Source of the DNA: Oculina patagonica
Lineage: Eukaryota
Assembly (NCBI RefSeq): GCF_052425735.1
Contig: NC_135761.1
Span: 32,984,001 to 33,048,000 of the forward strand
DNA length: 64,000 nt
Direction of reading: 5' to 3'
Each line of letters opens with the position of its first letter. The first letter of the stretch is position 1. Made by a program: the position numbers and the translations under genes. The notes beneath the pieces were generated by a model that was given only the letters and a program-made list of their open reading frames with translations, was not told the origin of the DNA and ran no database searches. Below, piece after piece: positions 63,320 to 64,000 of this stretch.

Positions 63320-63530
63320 GCTTTACATCAAGCAATTAACACCAAGTTTGAACGTGCAAACGGATTCAATCCGTGCTAAAGTATTTATAGCCACCACCAT
63401 TATGTAAATTAATAACTCTTTGAACCTCGAATTTAATTAACTTTTCTCAATCTACCCTTGGTAATGGCGTCATGATGTTGCCGAAACGTGGGACAATATT
63501 GTTTGTGTTTACCTGTTTGTGTACAACTAA
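63320..63530 (+). mobile_element. Penelope-like 3' end with a decayed hammerhead
   Basis: LTPSLNVQTDSIRAKVFI (GIY-YIG C-terminus), then TTGGTAA-ggcgtc/gttgcc-GAAACGT at about 63458-63490. Confidence 0.65.
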
Positions 63531-63878
63531 ATCACTGTTTATACTAATAGCACACAAAACACAAAAATAACTAAAGCCATGACATGAATCACCCCAACAG
63601 CATAATCACCTAGGCTCACTTATACTCACTCCATCACTTGAAAAATCACTCCTGCACGTTTATCGTTCCTATGTTCTGTGCCCCCGCAGACTATACCCGG
63701 CCCAAAACGGGAATGATTTTTCTTAATTTTCCTTTAGTACGCCTGATTAAAGTACTATGAGTTCCTTGGTCAAGAAAATTACCAATTTCTTTGATTAATT
63801 TATTTAAAGGACTTGAGGGGAAAATGATTACAGTACCCATTACAAAGTGATAGCAAATATGGTGTACTAAGGCGTAAG

Positions 63879-63981
63879 GGGAAGCTACAATACTAAGAAT
63901 ATCAAGAATACTGCCGTACTAAGCATTATAACGCACAAAGGGAAGCTACAATACTAAGACATCAAGAATACTGCCGTACTA
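63879..63981. repeat. 60-bp tandem repeat, 1.7 units
   Basis: gggaagctacaatactaaga.atcaagaatactgccgtacta repeated at 63879 and 63939. Confidence 0.85.
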
Positions 63982-64000
63982 GGAGTACTAAGCGTACTAA

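Overview
This is AT-rich eukaryotic DNA, almost certainly an animal. The repeat and transposon inventory points to a cnidarian, probably a stony coral (inference). The window is a transposable-element graveyard with no intact conventional host gene, no rRNA, no canonical tRNA and no CRISPR array. Retroelements: a near full-length Gypsy LTR element (16308-24066; short LTRs, Leu-tRNA PBS, 5-bp TSD), a young 5'-truncated L1/Tx1 LINE (27123-29279), three Penelope-like remnants with decayed hammerhead ribozymes, a BEL/Pao gag and a CORE-SINE. The Gypsy element interrupts a reconstructable spliced SAM-domain gene and itself contains Academ and PIF/Harbinger pieces. The LINE sits at the edge of a perfect 121-bp-arm tRNA-derived palindrome that has its own 13-bp TSD. 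DNA transposons: two Ginger-type integrase elements, CACTA, MULE, Sola-like, Harbinger and Academ (DUF6589-like) transposase fragments, and many MITEs with TSDs. Other coding remnants: several protein-kinase fragments, an HUH (Rep) endonuclease and an SF3 helicase. The strongest novelty candidates are the HUH+SF3 rolling-circle element remnants, signal-peptide-bearing integrase ORFs, the tRNA palindrome with its Tx1 insertion, an unnamed SAM/EQRR protein family present twice, and an ankyrin-containing Academ-like transposase. All family assignments are from motif recognition by eye, without database searches.
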